Below, one piece after another: positions 1 to 7,563 of a stretch of DNA of 64,000 nt. Numbering within the stretch: the first letter of the stretch is position 1; each line of letters opens with the position of its first letter. This stretch comes from Minisyncoccota bacterium. Lineage in GTDB: Bacteria; Patescibacteriota; Minisyncoccia; UBA6257. The position numbers and the translations under genes are program-made. A model generated the notes under the pieces. The model made no database searches. It worked only from the letters and a program-made list of their open reading frames with translations, and was not told where the DNA came from. The stretch covers positions 2,046 through 66,045 of the forward strand of contig JAQVJU010000002.1 in NCBI GenBank assembly GCA_028694995.1. Reading direction: 5' to 3'.

Positions 1-50
1 GGAATTGTCGGGTAATTAACTATTAAAACCAATAGTTACTTGGTTTTAAG

Positions 51-139
51 TTATCCCCAATAGACTTGACAAGGTTTTTATATTTGCTATACTAATAATG
101 CTGTCGTTTTTGGCTTGCCAAAGGCGACAGCATTTTTTT
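51..139 (+). repeat. Inter-cassette module copy 1: DnaA-box-like TTATCCCCA + sigma70 promoter + CUUG-capped hairpin + U-tract (candidate small RNA, ~98-139)
   Basis: TTATCCCCA 51-59; TTGACA 66-71; TGcTATACT with -10 at 88-93; ATGCTGTCGTTTTTGG-CTTG-CCAAAGGCGACAGCAT then T-run. Near-identical to four downstream copies. Confidence 0.9.
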
Positions 140-176
140 ATCTCATATTATTTAGGAAGTTTTATATCTTTAATTC

Positions 177-250
177 TTGACAAACTTATAATAAAGATAT
201 ATTATAACTCAATTAAGAACTTTGAAAACTTAATAAAAAAAAGAAAGGAG
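177..250 (+). promoter_or_regulatory. Cassette promoter, boxA-like leader motif and SD
   Basis: TTGACA 177-182, N17, TATTAT 200-205; GAACTTTGAAAACT 217-230; AAGGAG 245-250 before ATG 258. Confidence 0.65.
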
Positions 251-257
251 AGAAAAA

Positions 258-1379
258 ATGGAGAAGCTAATTGATTTTTTTCTATTTTTAATAGGAGTAA
301 GAAGAGAAAAGAAAATTCCTGTAAATTTTCAGCCGTCGGTTACTGTTTTAATCCCTGCTTACAAAGAAGAAGAAACAATAAAAGATACTATTTTAAGTAT
401 TCAGGCTCAGAGCTATCAAGTAGATGAAATTATTGTAATAGATGATTGCTCTAAGGACAAGACTGGTTTAATATCAAGATCTCTAGGGGCTAAAGTAGTT
501 CGTATCCCTAAAAATTCAGGGACTAAATCTAGGGCTCAAAATTTTGGTCTTAAGTTTGTTAAAACTGATTTAGTGATTACTGTTGATGCTGATACTATCC
601 TTGATCAAAAAGCGATAGAATTAATAATTCCTGCTATGAGTGATCGCAAAGTGCTTTCAGCTTGTGGGTTTGTTATTCCTCAAGTAATTAAAACTTTTTG
701 GGAAAGATGTCGCTTAATTCAGTATTTGTATTATATTAGTCTTAATAAAAATGCTCAATCTCACTGGCAGGTACCATTAGTGTCTTCAGGTTGTTTTTCA
801 GTTTTTAATACAAAGATGTTAAAAAAAATGGGTGGATTTCCTGAGGGGACGATAGTGGAGGATATGGATTTAACCTGGAGAGCCCATCTTGAAAAGAAAA
901 AAATTAAATTTATACCTGAAGCAGTTTGCTATCCAAAAGATCCAAATAATTGGCAACAATACAAGGCACAGGTAATGCGTTGGAATAGAGGATTTTTACA
1001 ATGTGTAAAAGAATATAAAGTATCATTGATAAAAAATCCTCGCTTATGCTTTTTTGTTGCTTGGTATCTTTTATCAGGGATTATCCAGCCTCTGTATTTA
1101 GGGTTTTTTATTTGGTATGTGTTTTGGTTTTTTTCAACAAAAGCCTATCTAGGGGAAGTAATTTTTATTTTAATATTTTTTGGACTTTTGTTGGAAATGT
1201 TAATTGTGTTTACTTTTGTTCTGATATCAGGAATTCGTTATAAGCACTTTAAAATAGCTTTAACCAGTTTTCCTTGCTATTGGTTAATAAGCCCAATTGA
1301 CACTTATTTGTTTGTAAATGCCCTAATACAAGAATGGGTTTTAGGGAGAAAACTTGAATCATGGGAAAAAGGGCATTGA
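258..1379 (+). CDS. Processive GT2 family glycosyltransferase (PgaC/IcaA/cellulose-synthase-like)
   Basis: DDCSKD, DAD, EDMDLT and QVMRW (QxxRW) motifs; C-terminal TM helices. Confidence 0.88.
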   Translation: MEKLIDFFLFLIGVRREKKIPVNFQPSVTVLIPAYKEEETIKDTILSIQAQSYQVDEIIVIDDCSKDKTGLISRSLGAKVVRIPKNSGTKSRAQNFGLKFVKTDLVITVDADTILDQKAIELIIPAMSDRKVLSACGFVIPQVIKTFWERCRLIQYLYYISLNKNAQSHWQVPLVSSGCFSVFNTKMLKKMGGFPEGTIVEDMDLTWRAHLEKKKIKFIPEAVCYPKDPNNWQQYKAQVMRWNRGFLQCVKEYKVSLIKNPRLCFFVAWYLLSGIIQPLYLGFFIWYVFWFFSTKAYLGEVIFILIFFGLLLEMLIVFTFVLISGIRYKHFKIALTSFPCYWLISPIDTYLFVNALIQEWVLGRKLESWEKGH

Positions 1380-1435
1380 AGGGAGGGATATACTTGATTG
1401 TAAAAAATATAAAAAAAGGAAAGGAGGTGAAATAA

Positions 1436-2209
1436 ATGTACGGAGGACCTCAAACTATATCTGGAAGTATAATTCATATTCTATGTCGTTACCCTATTTT
1501 AGTAGTTCCTATAGCTCTGGGCCTTATCTTTGGAATACCTAACTTATCTCAAGTTGCTGAAGATAGTTTACCTAGCTCAATGATAACTTTTGCTTTTGAT
1601 GATGGGTATTTTTCTACTTATGAAAAAGCTTTTCCTATTTTAGAAAAATATACATTTCCGGCTACGGTTTTTGTAATTTCTTCAGTAATTGGAGAACCAG
1701 GTCATATGACTGCGGAACAAATTCTAGAATTGGCAGATAAAGGATGGGAGATTGGTTCTCATACTGAAACTCATTCTGATTTAACTCAGCTTACTGATGA
1801 ACAATTAAAACATGAGCTTGTAAACTCAAAGCAACATCTTGAAGAACTGGGTTTAATAGTAAAGAACTTTGCCTCTCCTTATGGCAAGTATGACGAAAGG
1901 GTTATTAAAATGATAGCTAAGTATTATGATTCTCATCGAACCGCTTGGCCAGATGGGTTAAATGATTTACCCTTAGATAATTTAAATCGTTATTACTTGA
2001 AATCTGTTTCAGTTGAAGCTAGAACGACTATAGAAGAAGTGAAAGAGTGGGTAATAAAAGCAAAGAATGAAGGGAAATGGTTAATTCTCCTTTTCCATCG
2101 CATTGATGAAACAGGCGATTATAACTGGACCTCAAGGGATTTTGAAGAAATTGTTAAATTTGTGCACGAGGAAAAGTTTAAAGGAGTTTCAATTAAAGAA
2201 ATGAGGTGA
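1436..2209 (+). CDS. Polysaccharide deacetylase (CE4/NodB family) with N-terminal membrane anchor
   Basis: FAFDDG, EIGSHTETH, FASPYG and LLFH motifs; SD AAGGAGGTGA. Confidence 0.88.
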   Translation: MYGGPQTISGSIIHILCRYPILVVPIALGLIFGIPNLSQVAEDSLPSSMITFAFDDGYFSTYEKAFPILEKYTFPATVFVISSVIGEPGHMTAEQILELADKGWEIGSHTETHSDLTQLTDEQLKHELVNSKQHLEELGLIVKNFASPYGKYDERVIKMIAKYYDSHRTAWPDGLNDLPLDNLNRYYLKSVSVEARTTIEEVKEWVIKAKNEGKWLILLFHRIDETGDYNWTSRDFEEIVKFVHEEKFKGVSIKEMR

Positions 2210-2226
2210 TGATTTTATAAAATGAT

Positions 2227-2253
2227 AAAAGGGAAGATAAATCTTCCCTTTTT
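2227..2253 (+). terminator. Intrinsic terminator
   Basis: AAAAGGGAAGAT-AA-ATCTTCCCTTTTT. Confidence 0.8.
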
Positions 2254-2270
2254 AATTTAAACCTTATATA

Positions 2271-2350
2271 TTGACAAAATTGTATAAATGATATATAATC
2301 TTGATATATTTGAACTAGTAACTTGAAAATTAAAAAATGAAAGGAGGTGA
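2271..2350 (+). promoter_or_regulatory. Consensus sigma70 promoter, boxA-like motif and SD
   Basis: TTGACA 2271-2276, N17, TATAAT 2294-2299; GTAACTTGAAAATT 2318-2331; AAGGAGGTGA 2341-2350. Confidence 0.75.
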
Positions 2351-2355
2351 AAGAA

Positions 2356-2898
2356 ATGAGAAAAAGATTGTTAATCTTAGTGGTTTTAATGGTATTATTC
2401 TTGGGTGCTTGTAGAGACGGAGCAATAATTCCTTCAGTGACAGAAGATATAGAGATTTGGGTAACTGGCTTTGAGCAAGAGGTATTCTGCAATAACGCTA
2501 AGGGTGTCACCAGGGTTTTTAATGGAGACTTACCTAAAGATTTGACAAGATGTTATGGTCCTCCTAGCTGTTGCCCTCCATGTAATTGCCCAGTATGTGA
2601 AGTATGTGAAGAATGCTCAGAATGTCCAACTTGCCCTTCTTGTGGACCTTGCTGCTGTTATTTGAAATGGGGAAATGTCTACGTTGATTACAAAATGAAG
2701 AATTTAGGGTTAAAGGATTTAACCGTTAAAAATGTTTGTTTTGAAATCACGTTTGAAGACAACACAAAAACTGTTAAATGCGTGGAATTACAAGAAGGTT
2801 TACTAGAGGGAGAAGTAAAAGGTAAACAAGCTAAATTCACTCTCTCTCCTGTCAAGAGAGTGATTTACGTTGTTGTGCAAAAAATAGAATATTATTAA
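2356..2898 (+). CDS. Putative lipoprotein with a Cys-rich (Cxx)n insert
   Basis: Start moved to ATG 2356, after the SD. Signal peptide with lipobox LGAC; 14 Cys in 37 residues. Confidence 0.75.
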   Translation: MRKRLLILVVLMVLFLGACRDGAIIPSVTEDIEIWVTGFEQEVFCNNAKGVTRVFNGDLPKDLTRCYGPPSCCPPCNCPVCEVCEECSECPTCPSCGPCCCYLKWGNVYVDYKMKNLGLKDLTVKNVCFEITFEDNTKTVKCVELQEGLLEGEVKGKQAKFTLSPVKRVIYVVVQKIEYY

Positions 2899-2902
2899 AA
2901 CC

Positions 2903-2932
2903 AAAAGGGACTATATTATATAGTCTCTTTTT
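2903..2932 (+). terminator. Intrinsic terminator
   Basis: AAAAGGGACTATA-TTA-TATAGTCTCTTTTT. Confidence 0.75.
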
Positions 2933-2943
2933 CATTTTAAAAG

Positions 2944-3031
2944 TTATCCACAATAGACTTGACAAGGGATTTGGATTTGATATACTAATAATGCTGTCGT
3001 TTTTGGCTTGCCAAGGGCGACAGCATTTTTT
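2944..3031 (+). repeat. Inter-cassette module copy 2 (DnaA box + promoter + CUUG hairpin RNA)
   Basis: TTATCCACA 2944-2952; TTGACA 2959-2964; TATACT 2981-2986; ATGCTGTCGTTTTTGG-CTTG-CCAAGGGCGACAGCAT + T-run. Confidence 0.9.
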
Positions 3032-3105
3032 ATTCCATAGTTTGCGAAATTATTAATTAATGAATAAAAGACTTGACAATTTTTATTTATCATGTATACT
3101 GTTTT

Positions 3106-3199
3106 GTAGTGGGGTAAGCTTTTCCGGAAGAGCTTATAAAACCTATTTTCCAAAATTTTGGAGGTTTTAAAGTGGCGTTGAAAAACGCCACTTTTTTTT
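3106..3199 (+). ncRNA. Candidate ~90-nt three-hairpin small RNA
   Basis: Own promoter TTGACA 3073-3078, N16, TATACT 3095-3100. Hairpins TAAGCTTTT-CCGG-AAGAGCTTA and AAAACCT..TCCAAAATTTTGGAGGTTTT; terminator AAAGTGGCGTT-GAAA-AACGCCACTTTTTTTT. No ORF. Confidence 0.55.
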
Positions 3200-3452
3200 A
3201 ACTTAATTCCTTGATTGTTTTAAAGAAGATCCTATTATTTATTGATAATATAATAATTAAGATTTACAAATTGAATTATTAAGTATTGATTAATAAAATT
3301 TTCTAATAATGATCTTTAAAATAACTCTTAAGAATTATTTTTTAAATTTAAAATTAAATTTTTAAAAATTTCCTTAAATTTGACAAATTTGTTTTTTATT
3401 TAAAAAACTTGACAAGGACTTGACAAATAAAAAATAATAGAGTATCATGTAA

Positions 3453-3612
3453 GTACGGTGGGGTTCTCCCCTGGGTCTGCAAAGGCCCAGGGGAGACTAC
3501 TACTAAGTAGATAAACAATAAAAATGGTGGGATGCTCTCTTTTAAACAAATACAAAAGTTTATCTGCTTCCGAGGCAGATTAGTTAAATTGACGTTATTC
3601 GTCAATTTTTTT
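3453..3612 (+). ncRNA. Candidate ~160-nt structured RNA
   Basis: Promoter TTGACA 3420-3425, N17, TATCAT 3443-3448. GC-rich 14-bp stem TCTCCCCTGGGTCT-GCAA-AGGCCCAGGGGAGA (GNRA loop); stem AAGTAGATAAAC/GTTTATCTGCTT; terminator AAATTGACG-TTATT-CGTCAATTTTTTT. Confidence 0.55.
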
Positions 3613-3818
3613 AATTAACCACTAGATTAACTATTAGGGATTAAAAAAAGAATATTGCAGGAAGATTAGTGTTTGTGTTTTCCCCATATCAGAAATCCTC
3701 CTAATAGTTCATGATGGGACAATAGATCTATTAAAAGTGATTTTAATTTCCTTAATGATTAATTAAAAGATTATTTTGTTTCCTATGCATTTAATTATTT
3801 CAGATTTTAGTAAACATA

Positions 3819-4298
3819 ATGAATTTGATTAAACATAGAAAATTTTTACAATTATTATCATTTTTAGTAATAATAATTTGTTCTTTGTTATTTTTAATAA
3901 ATGATGTTGATGCTAAAAGAGGTTGTTGTTCTTGGCATGGCGGAGTATCTCATTGTGACTCATCGGTTGGGGGATATGTTTGTAATGATGGCACCTATAG
4001 TCCTTCTTGTACTTGCGGGGTTATAATCCCTGTTCCTATTCCTTCCCCAACTACTCTTGAGCCTACTACAACGACTACTAAACCTACAACTACAACAATA
4101 ATTGGTATAACACCCGCTGCTGTATTAGAAACAGAAATTCAAGAAAAAAACCTAGGAATAGAGGAAGAACTAGAATTTTCAGCTTCTGAAAAATTAATGG
4201 CACAAGTACATAAAGAAAACATTGGTATTTCTGCTTGGTGGTGGATAATAGGCATAGGGGCTATATCTTATTTGTTTGTCTATAAATTTAAAAAATAA
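3819..4298 (+). CDS. Exported Cys-rich small-domain protein with Pro/Thr linker and C-terminal TM anchor
   Basis: Signal peptide; RGCCSWHGGV..C..C.DG..SPSC; PTTTTTKPTTT; WWWIIGIGAISYLFVYKFKK tail. Confidence 0.75.
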   Translation: MNLIKHRKFLQLLSFLVIIICSLLFLINDVDAKRGCCSWHGGVSHCDSSVGGYVCNDGTYSPSCTCGVIIPVPIPSPTTLEPTTTTTKPTTTTIIGITPAAVLETEIQEKNLGIEEELEFSASEKLMAQVHKENIGISAWWWIIGIGAISYLFVYKFKK

Positions 4299-4334
4299 AA
4301 AACTAAAGGTCGAAAATTAATGAATTAAAAAAAT

Positions 4335-5846
4335 ATGAATAAAAAATTTCTTACAAAAACATTTGCAATTGCAATGGTATTAAGTTTATTACTTTCTAAT
4401 GGATTGATGTTAGGATTGGAGAGAGCAGAAGCAAAAGTAAGAAAAGAAGACCCTAGTAAAAATGGAAATGGGAATGGGAATGATGAATTATATCTTTGTC
4501 ATTTTGAAGATGAAGGAGATAATCCTTATACAAAGATACTAGGGTTTGAGAAGAATAGCATAGCTGGCGAGCATGATAAAGACGAAGATGATATTATTCC
4601 TAGTTATCTTTATACTTCAGACTGTGATGTGGAAAATCATAACTGTAAACTAAAAAAAATAGATTGGGGGAATTCTAAGACGCAAGGAAGTGTTTTGGGA
4701 GACTCTATTAATCTTGATGGGCATTTATGGCAAGGGTCACAAGAATTAGCTTCAATTATTGGGGATAGCACAAATATTAAGGTTTCTTTTTCAGATCCCC
4801 TTATGGCATATGTTATAGATCTTAAAATAAAAGAAAAAGATTCAAAAGGAAAAATATTATCTGAAAAAGATTATGCTTCTAAATGCCAAGGTCCAGAGGG
4901 TTGTACTCTTTCTCCGGAAGAAGGAATTAAGTTTTACTCTGTAAGTTGGGATCTGCAAAAAGTTAACAAATTTCACTATGAGTGTTATTATCCTGGTAAA
5001 AATTTGGAGAGTGGGCAAGACATTTTAAATAATAATTGCGAGGTTCCCTCAGAAAATGAAAATGGGGAAGGGAATGGGGAAGGGAATGGAGAAGGGGATG
5101 GAGAAGGGAATGGAGGAGGGAATGGAGAAGGAACTACAACTACTACAACAACAAGACCTGGTCCTACAGGTTCACATATTCCACCACAAGAAGCTCATGG
5201 GGAAGGCTCTTTAGGAGAACCTGGCCCTGGGGAGGGTATTGTAGCTGGTGCTGCTTGTGTTCCTTATATCCAAGAATATATTCAATATGGAGCTGATAAT
5301 GATCCATTTGAAGTTAGGAAATTACAAATCTTCTTAAATGGATATTTGGGATTGAATTTAGATGTTAATGGAATTTATGATTTAGAAACATTTGAAGCTG
5401 TAAAAACATTCCAACTTATGTTCAAGGATGATATTTTAGCTCCTTGGGTTGCAAATGGATGCTTACCTTCAAAAGAAATAGCTACGGGTTATGTTTATCG
5501 AACTACTAGTTGGGCGATTAATAAAGTTTTTTGCCCAGGAATGGAAATAGATATTTCTGATGAAATATGTTTTGGCTTAGGTGAAGGATTAGTTTTAGGA
5601 GAATCTATTGCCTTAGCTGATGATGGCTCAATGTCAGAAGGAGATATTTTAGATTTTCCTGTTAGTTCTGAACAAGAACCAGAAGAAGAAGTAATGGAAA
5701 TTTCAGAAACTGAAGATATAGAAACAACAGAATTAGAAGAAACAGAAGAAGAAACAGCAACTAATAAAGGAGCCATAATAGCTTTATTAGTTGTTTTAGC
5801 CTTAGGTGGCTTAGCTTACTTTATCTTTAGAGGAAAACGAACTTGA
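4335..5846 (+). CDS. Cell-surface protein with GNGEG repeats, peptidoglycan-binding-like domain and C-terminal anchor
   Basis: Signal peptide ending AEA; (GEGN)n and Thr linker; EVRKLQIFLN..NGIYD..TFEAVKTFQ (PG_binding_1-like); acidic stalk; TM followed by RGKR. Confidence 0.78.
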   Translation: MNKKFLTKTFAIAMVLSLLLSNGLMLGLERAEAKVRKEDPSKNGNGNGNDELYLCHFEDEGDNPYTKILGFEKNSIAGEHDKDEDDIIPSYLYTSDCDVENHNCKLKKIDWGNSKTQGSVLGDSINLDGHLWQGSQELASIIGDSTNIKVSFSDPLMAYVIDLKIKEKDSKGKILSEKDYASKCQGPEGCTLSPEEGIKFYSVSWDLQKVNKFHYECYYPGKNLESGQDILNNNCEVPSENENGEGNGEGNGEGDGEGNGGGNGEGTTTTTTTRPGPTGSHIPPQEAHGEGSLGEPGPGEGIVAGAACVPYIQEYIQYGADNDPFEVRKLQIFLNGYLGLNLDVNGIYDLETFEAVKTFQLMFKDDILAPWVANGCLPSKEIATGYVYRTTSWAINKVFCPGMEIDISDEICFGLGEGLVLGESIALADDGSMSEGDILDFPVSSEQEPEEEVMEISETEDIETTELEETEEETATNKGAIIALLVVLALGGLAYFIFRGKRT

Positions 5847-5862
5847 AGGTTAGAAATTGGAT

Positions 5863-5893
5863 AAAAACAGGGCTAAATATAGCCCTGTTTTTT
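5863..5893 (+). terminator. Intrinsic terminator (ACAGGGCT/AGCCCTGT family)
   Basis: AAAAACAGGGCTA-AATA-TAGCCCTGTTTTTT. Confidence 0.8.
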
Positions 5894-5903
5894 ATTTCTT
5901 AAG

Positions 5904-5999
5904 TTATCCACAAAAGACTTGACAAGGTTTTTATATTTGCTATACTATTAGTGCTGTCATTTAGAGAAGCTTGCTTCAATGAATGACAGCATTTTTTTT
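5904..5999 (+). repeat. Inter-cassette module copy 3 (variant hairpin with compensatory changes)
   Basis: TTATCCACA 5904-5912; TTGACA 5919-5924; TATACT 5941-5946; GTGCTGTCATTTAGAGAAG-CTTG-CTTCAATGAATGACAGCAT + T-run. Confidence 0.9.
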
Positions 6000-6157
6000 A
6001 TAATTTTTTGATAAAAGAAGTGATTAGTCATCTCTTTTTTTATTTGTTAATTAATTAAAGATAGTTTTAATTTATATTGACTTTAAGTATTTAAAATGGT
6101 ATAATTATAAAAGGATAAAAGAGTTCTTTTAAAAATAAAAATAAGGAGGAAAAGAAA

Positions 6158-6694
6158 ATGGAAGAGAGAAAAAAGAAAGTTTTTATTTTAATTTTTGCTG
6201 TGGTTTTTATATTCATTTTAGTAGATTATGTAAATTGGAGATTATCCCATAATTGGGAGATTGTAGATACCAATTTACCAGTTGAAACCATAAACAGCAC
6301 CGTATGGAGAAGCGCAAGTATAGATATACTTGATCCTATCAAATCTCCTCCAAAAAGTTATGAGTATTCAAATCTTAGGATAGCGGCATTTAAGGTACGG
6401 TACCCTAAAGCTAAGGGAGGAGGATATGTTCATGAAGTTTTTCTTAGGGAGTGGTTTAAGAGGAGTAACTTAAAAGTTCGCTATACGGGCTTTGAAGGGA
6501 TACCGGATTTTTATATTGCTGTAGAATTCATACAGGGAAGAATGGAAATCATCAGTGATAGCAAGTTATATAATTATAAAGGAGAAATCTTTATAGAATT
6601 ATTTTCCAATAATAAGAATTTACTGGCTCAAAAAAGAATTAAGGTAAACATAAATAACAAACCGCCAGAGGTAAAAGAATTAACAGGGCTTTAA
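6158..6694 (+). CDS. Hypothetical membrane-anchored protein, paralog of 6967-7539
   Basis: N-terminal TM; promoter TTGACT-N17-TATAAT (6077-6105); SD AAGGAGG; shares WEI..LP, F...YPK, VHE, F.xGR and Y.GEI.I.L blocks with the next ORF. Confidence 0.75.
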   Translation: MEERKKKVFILIFAVVFIFILVDYVNWRLSHNWEIVDTNLPVETINSTVWRSASIDILDPIKSPPKSYEYSNLRIAAFKVRYPKAKGGGYVHEVFLREWFKRSNLKVRYTGFEGIPDFYIAVEFIQGRMEIISDSKLYNYKGEIFIELFSNNKNLLAQKRIKVNINNKPPEVKELTGL

Positions 6695-6706
6695 AGCCCT
6701 GTTTTT
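6682..6706 (+). terminator. Intrinsic terminator overlapping the stop codon
   Basis: AACAGGGCT-TTAA-AGCCCTGTTTTT. Confidence 0.8.
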
Positions 6707-6717
6707 CATTTCTTGAG

Positions 6718-6806
6718 TTATCCACAAAAGACTTGACAAGGTTTTTAAATTTGCTATACTAATAATGCTGTCGTTTTTGGCTTGCCAGAAGCGGCAGCAT
6801 TTTTTT
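6718..6806 (+). repeat. Inter-cassette module copy 4
   Basis: TTATCCACA 6718-6726; TTGACA 6733-6738; TATACT 6755-6760; ATGCTGTCGTTTTTGG-CTTG-CCAGAAGCGGCAGCAT (16 bp, 3 G.U) + T-run. Confidence 0.9.
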
Positions 6807-6966
6807 ATAATTTTTTGATAAAAGAGATGATTTATCATCTCTTTTTTAATGGTTAATTAATTAAAGATAGTTTTAATTTATATTGACTTTAATCATTTAA
6901 AATGGTATAATTATAAAAAGATAAAAGAGTTCTTTTAAAAATAAAAATTAAAGAGGAGAGAAAAAA

Positions 6967-7539
6967 ATGAAAAAGGTTTTTATAGTTATTCTAATTATAA
7001 TTATAGGGTTATTTTTAATAGATTTTATAGGTTATGTAATAAAATCAAGCTATAAAGAGAATAAGGAGCTGGGGGGAAGTTGGGAAATCGAAAGTTTAGA
7101 CCTGCCAATCATAATAAGAAAAAACTGTATCGTAGTGGGGGGTCCAAGTTGGGAACCAGAAGACCCTTTGCCCTCAAGAGTTGAAAGGGATGTATTTTTA
7201 GAAATGAGGGTAGCCAATTTTAGAATATACTACCCTAAAACAAAAAATATAGTCCATGAAATTGATCTCCAAATGTGGGAAAAGCAGGGAAACTTGAAGT
7301 TATATGTCGCTAGACCTGAAGAGTCGAACCCCTTCAAAATGAGTACTGTAAAGTTTATAGAGGGGAGAGTAGATATCTGGCTTAGAATGGAAGTCGGTAA
7401 GTATGAGGGGGAGATTCATATTCAGCTAATTAATAATGACGGGATATTAATAGGTGAAGGCAAGGCCTTTGTGGAAGTAAATATAGAAAAGGGGGTGCTA
7501 GAGATACTAGAAGAAGAATTTAATATAACAGGGTCTTAA
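6967..7539 (+). CDS. Hypothetical membrane-anchored protein, paralog of 6158-6694
   Basis: N-terminal TM; upstream region is a close copy of that preceding 6158; SD GAGGAG. Confidence 0.75.
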   Translation: MKKVFIVILIIIIGLFLIDFIGYVIKSSYKENKELGGSWEIESLDLPIIIRKNCIVVGGPSWEPEDPLPSRVERDVFLEMRVANFRIYYPKTKNIVHEIDLQMWEKQGNLKLYVARPEESNPFKMSTVKFIEGRVDIWLRMEVGKYEGEIHIQLINNDGILIGEGKAFVEVNIEKGVLEILEEEFNITGS

Positions 7540-7551
7540 GGCTCTGTTTTT
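7527..7551 (+). terminator. Intrinsic terminator overlapping the stop codon
   Basis: AACAGGGTC-TTAA-GGCTCTGTTTTT. Confidence 0.7.
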
Positions 7552-7563
7552 ATTATTTCTGAG

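Noticed and set aside
98-139. Leader peptide starting at the ATG/GTG at the hairpin base
   Set aside because: Reading frames are not conserved between copies (MLSFLACQ.., MLSFREACFNE*, MLLIR*).
2944-3420. oriC (DnaA box plus the very AT-rich 3200-3400 tract)
   Set aside because: The boxes are single and kilobases apart, there is no dnaA/dnaN, and a dif-like site lies in the same window.
2193-3605. Minus-strand ORFs 2193-2510, 2944-3153 and 3396-3605
   Set aside because: They are antisense to promoters, RNA structures or a real gene, with no SD and no protein-like features. The same applies to the other short shadow ORFs in the track.
3453-3709. IS110 bridge RNA or tracrRNA identity for the structured RNAs
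   Set aside because: No IS110 recombinase, TnpB/IscB or Cas gene in the window, and no loop matches to target or donor sequences that I could find.
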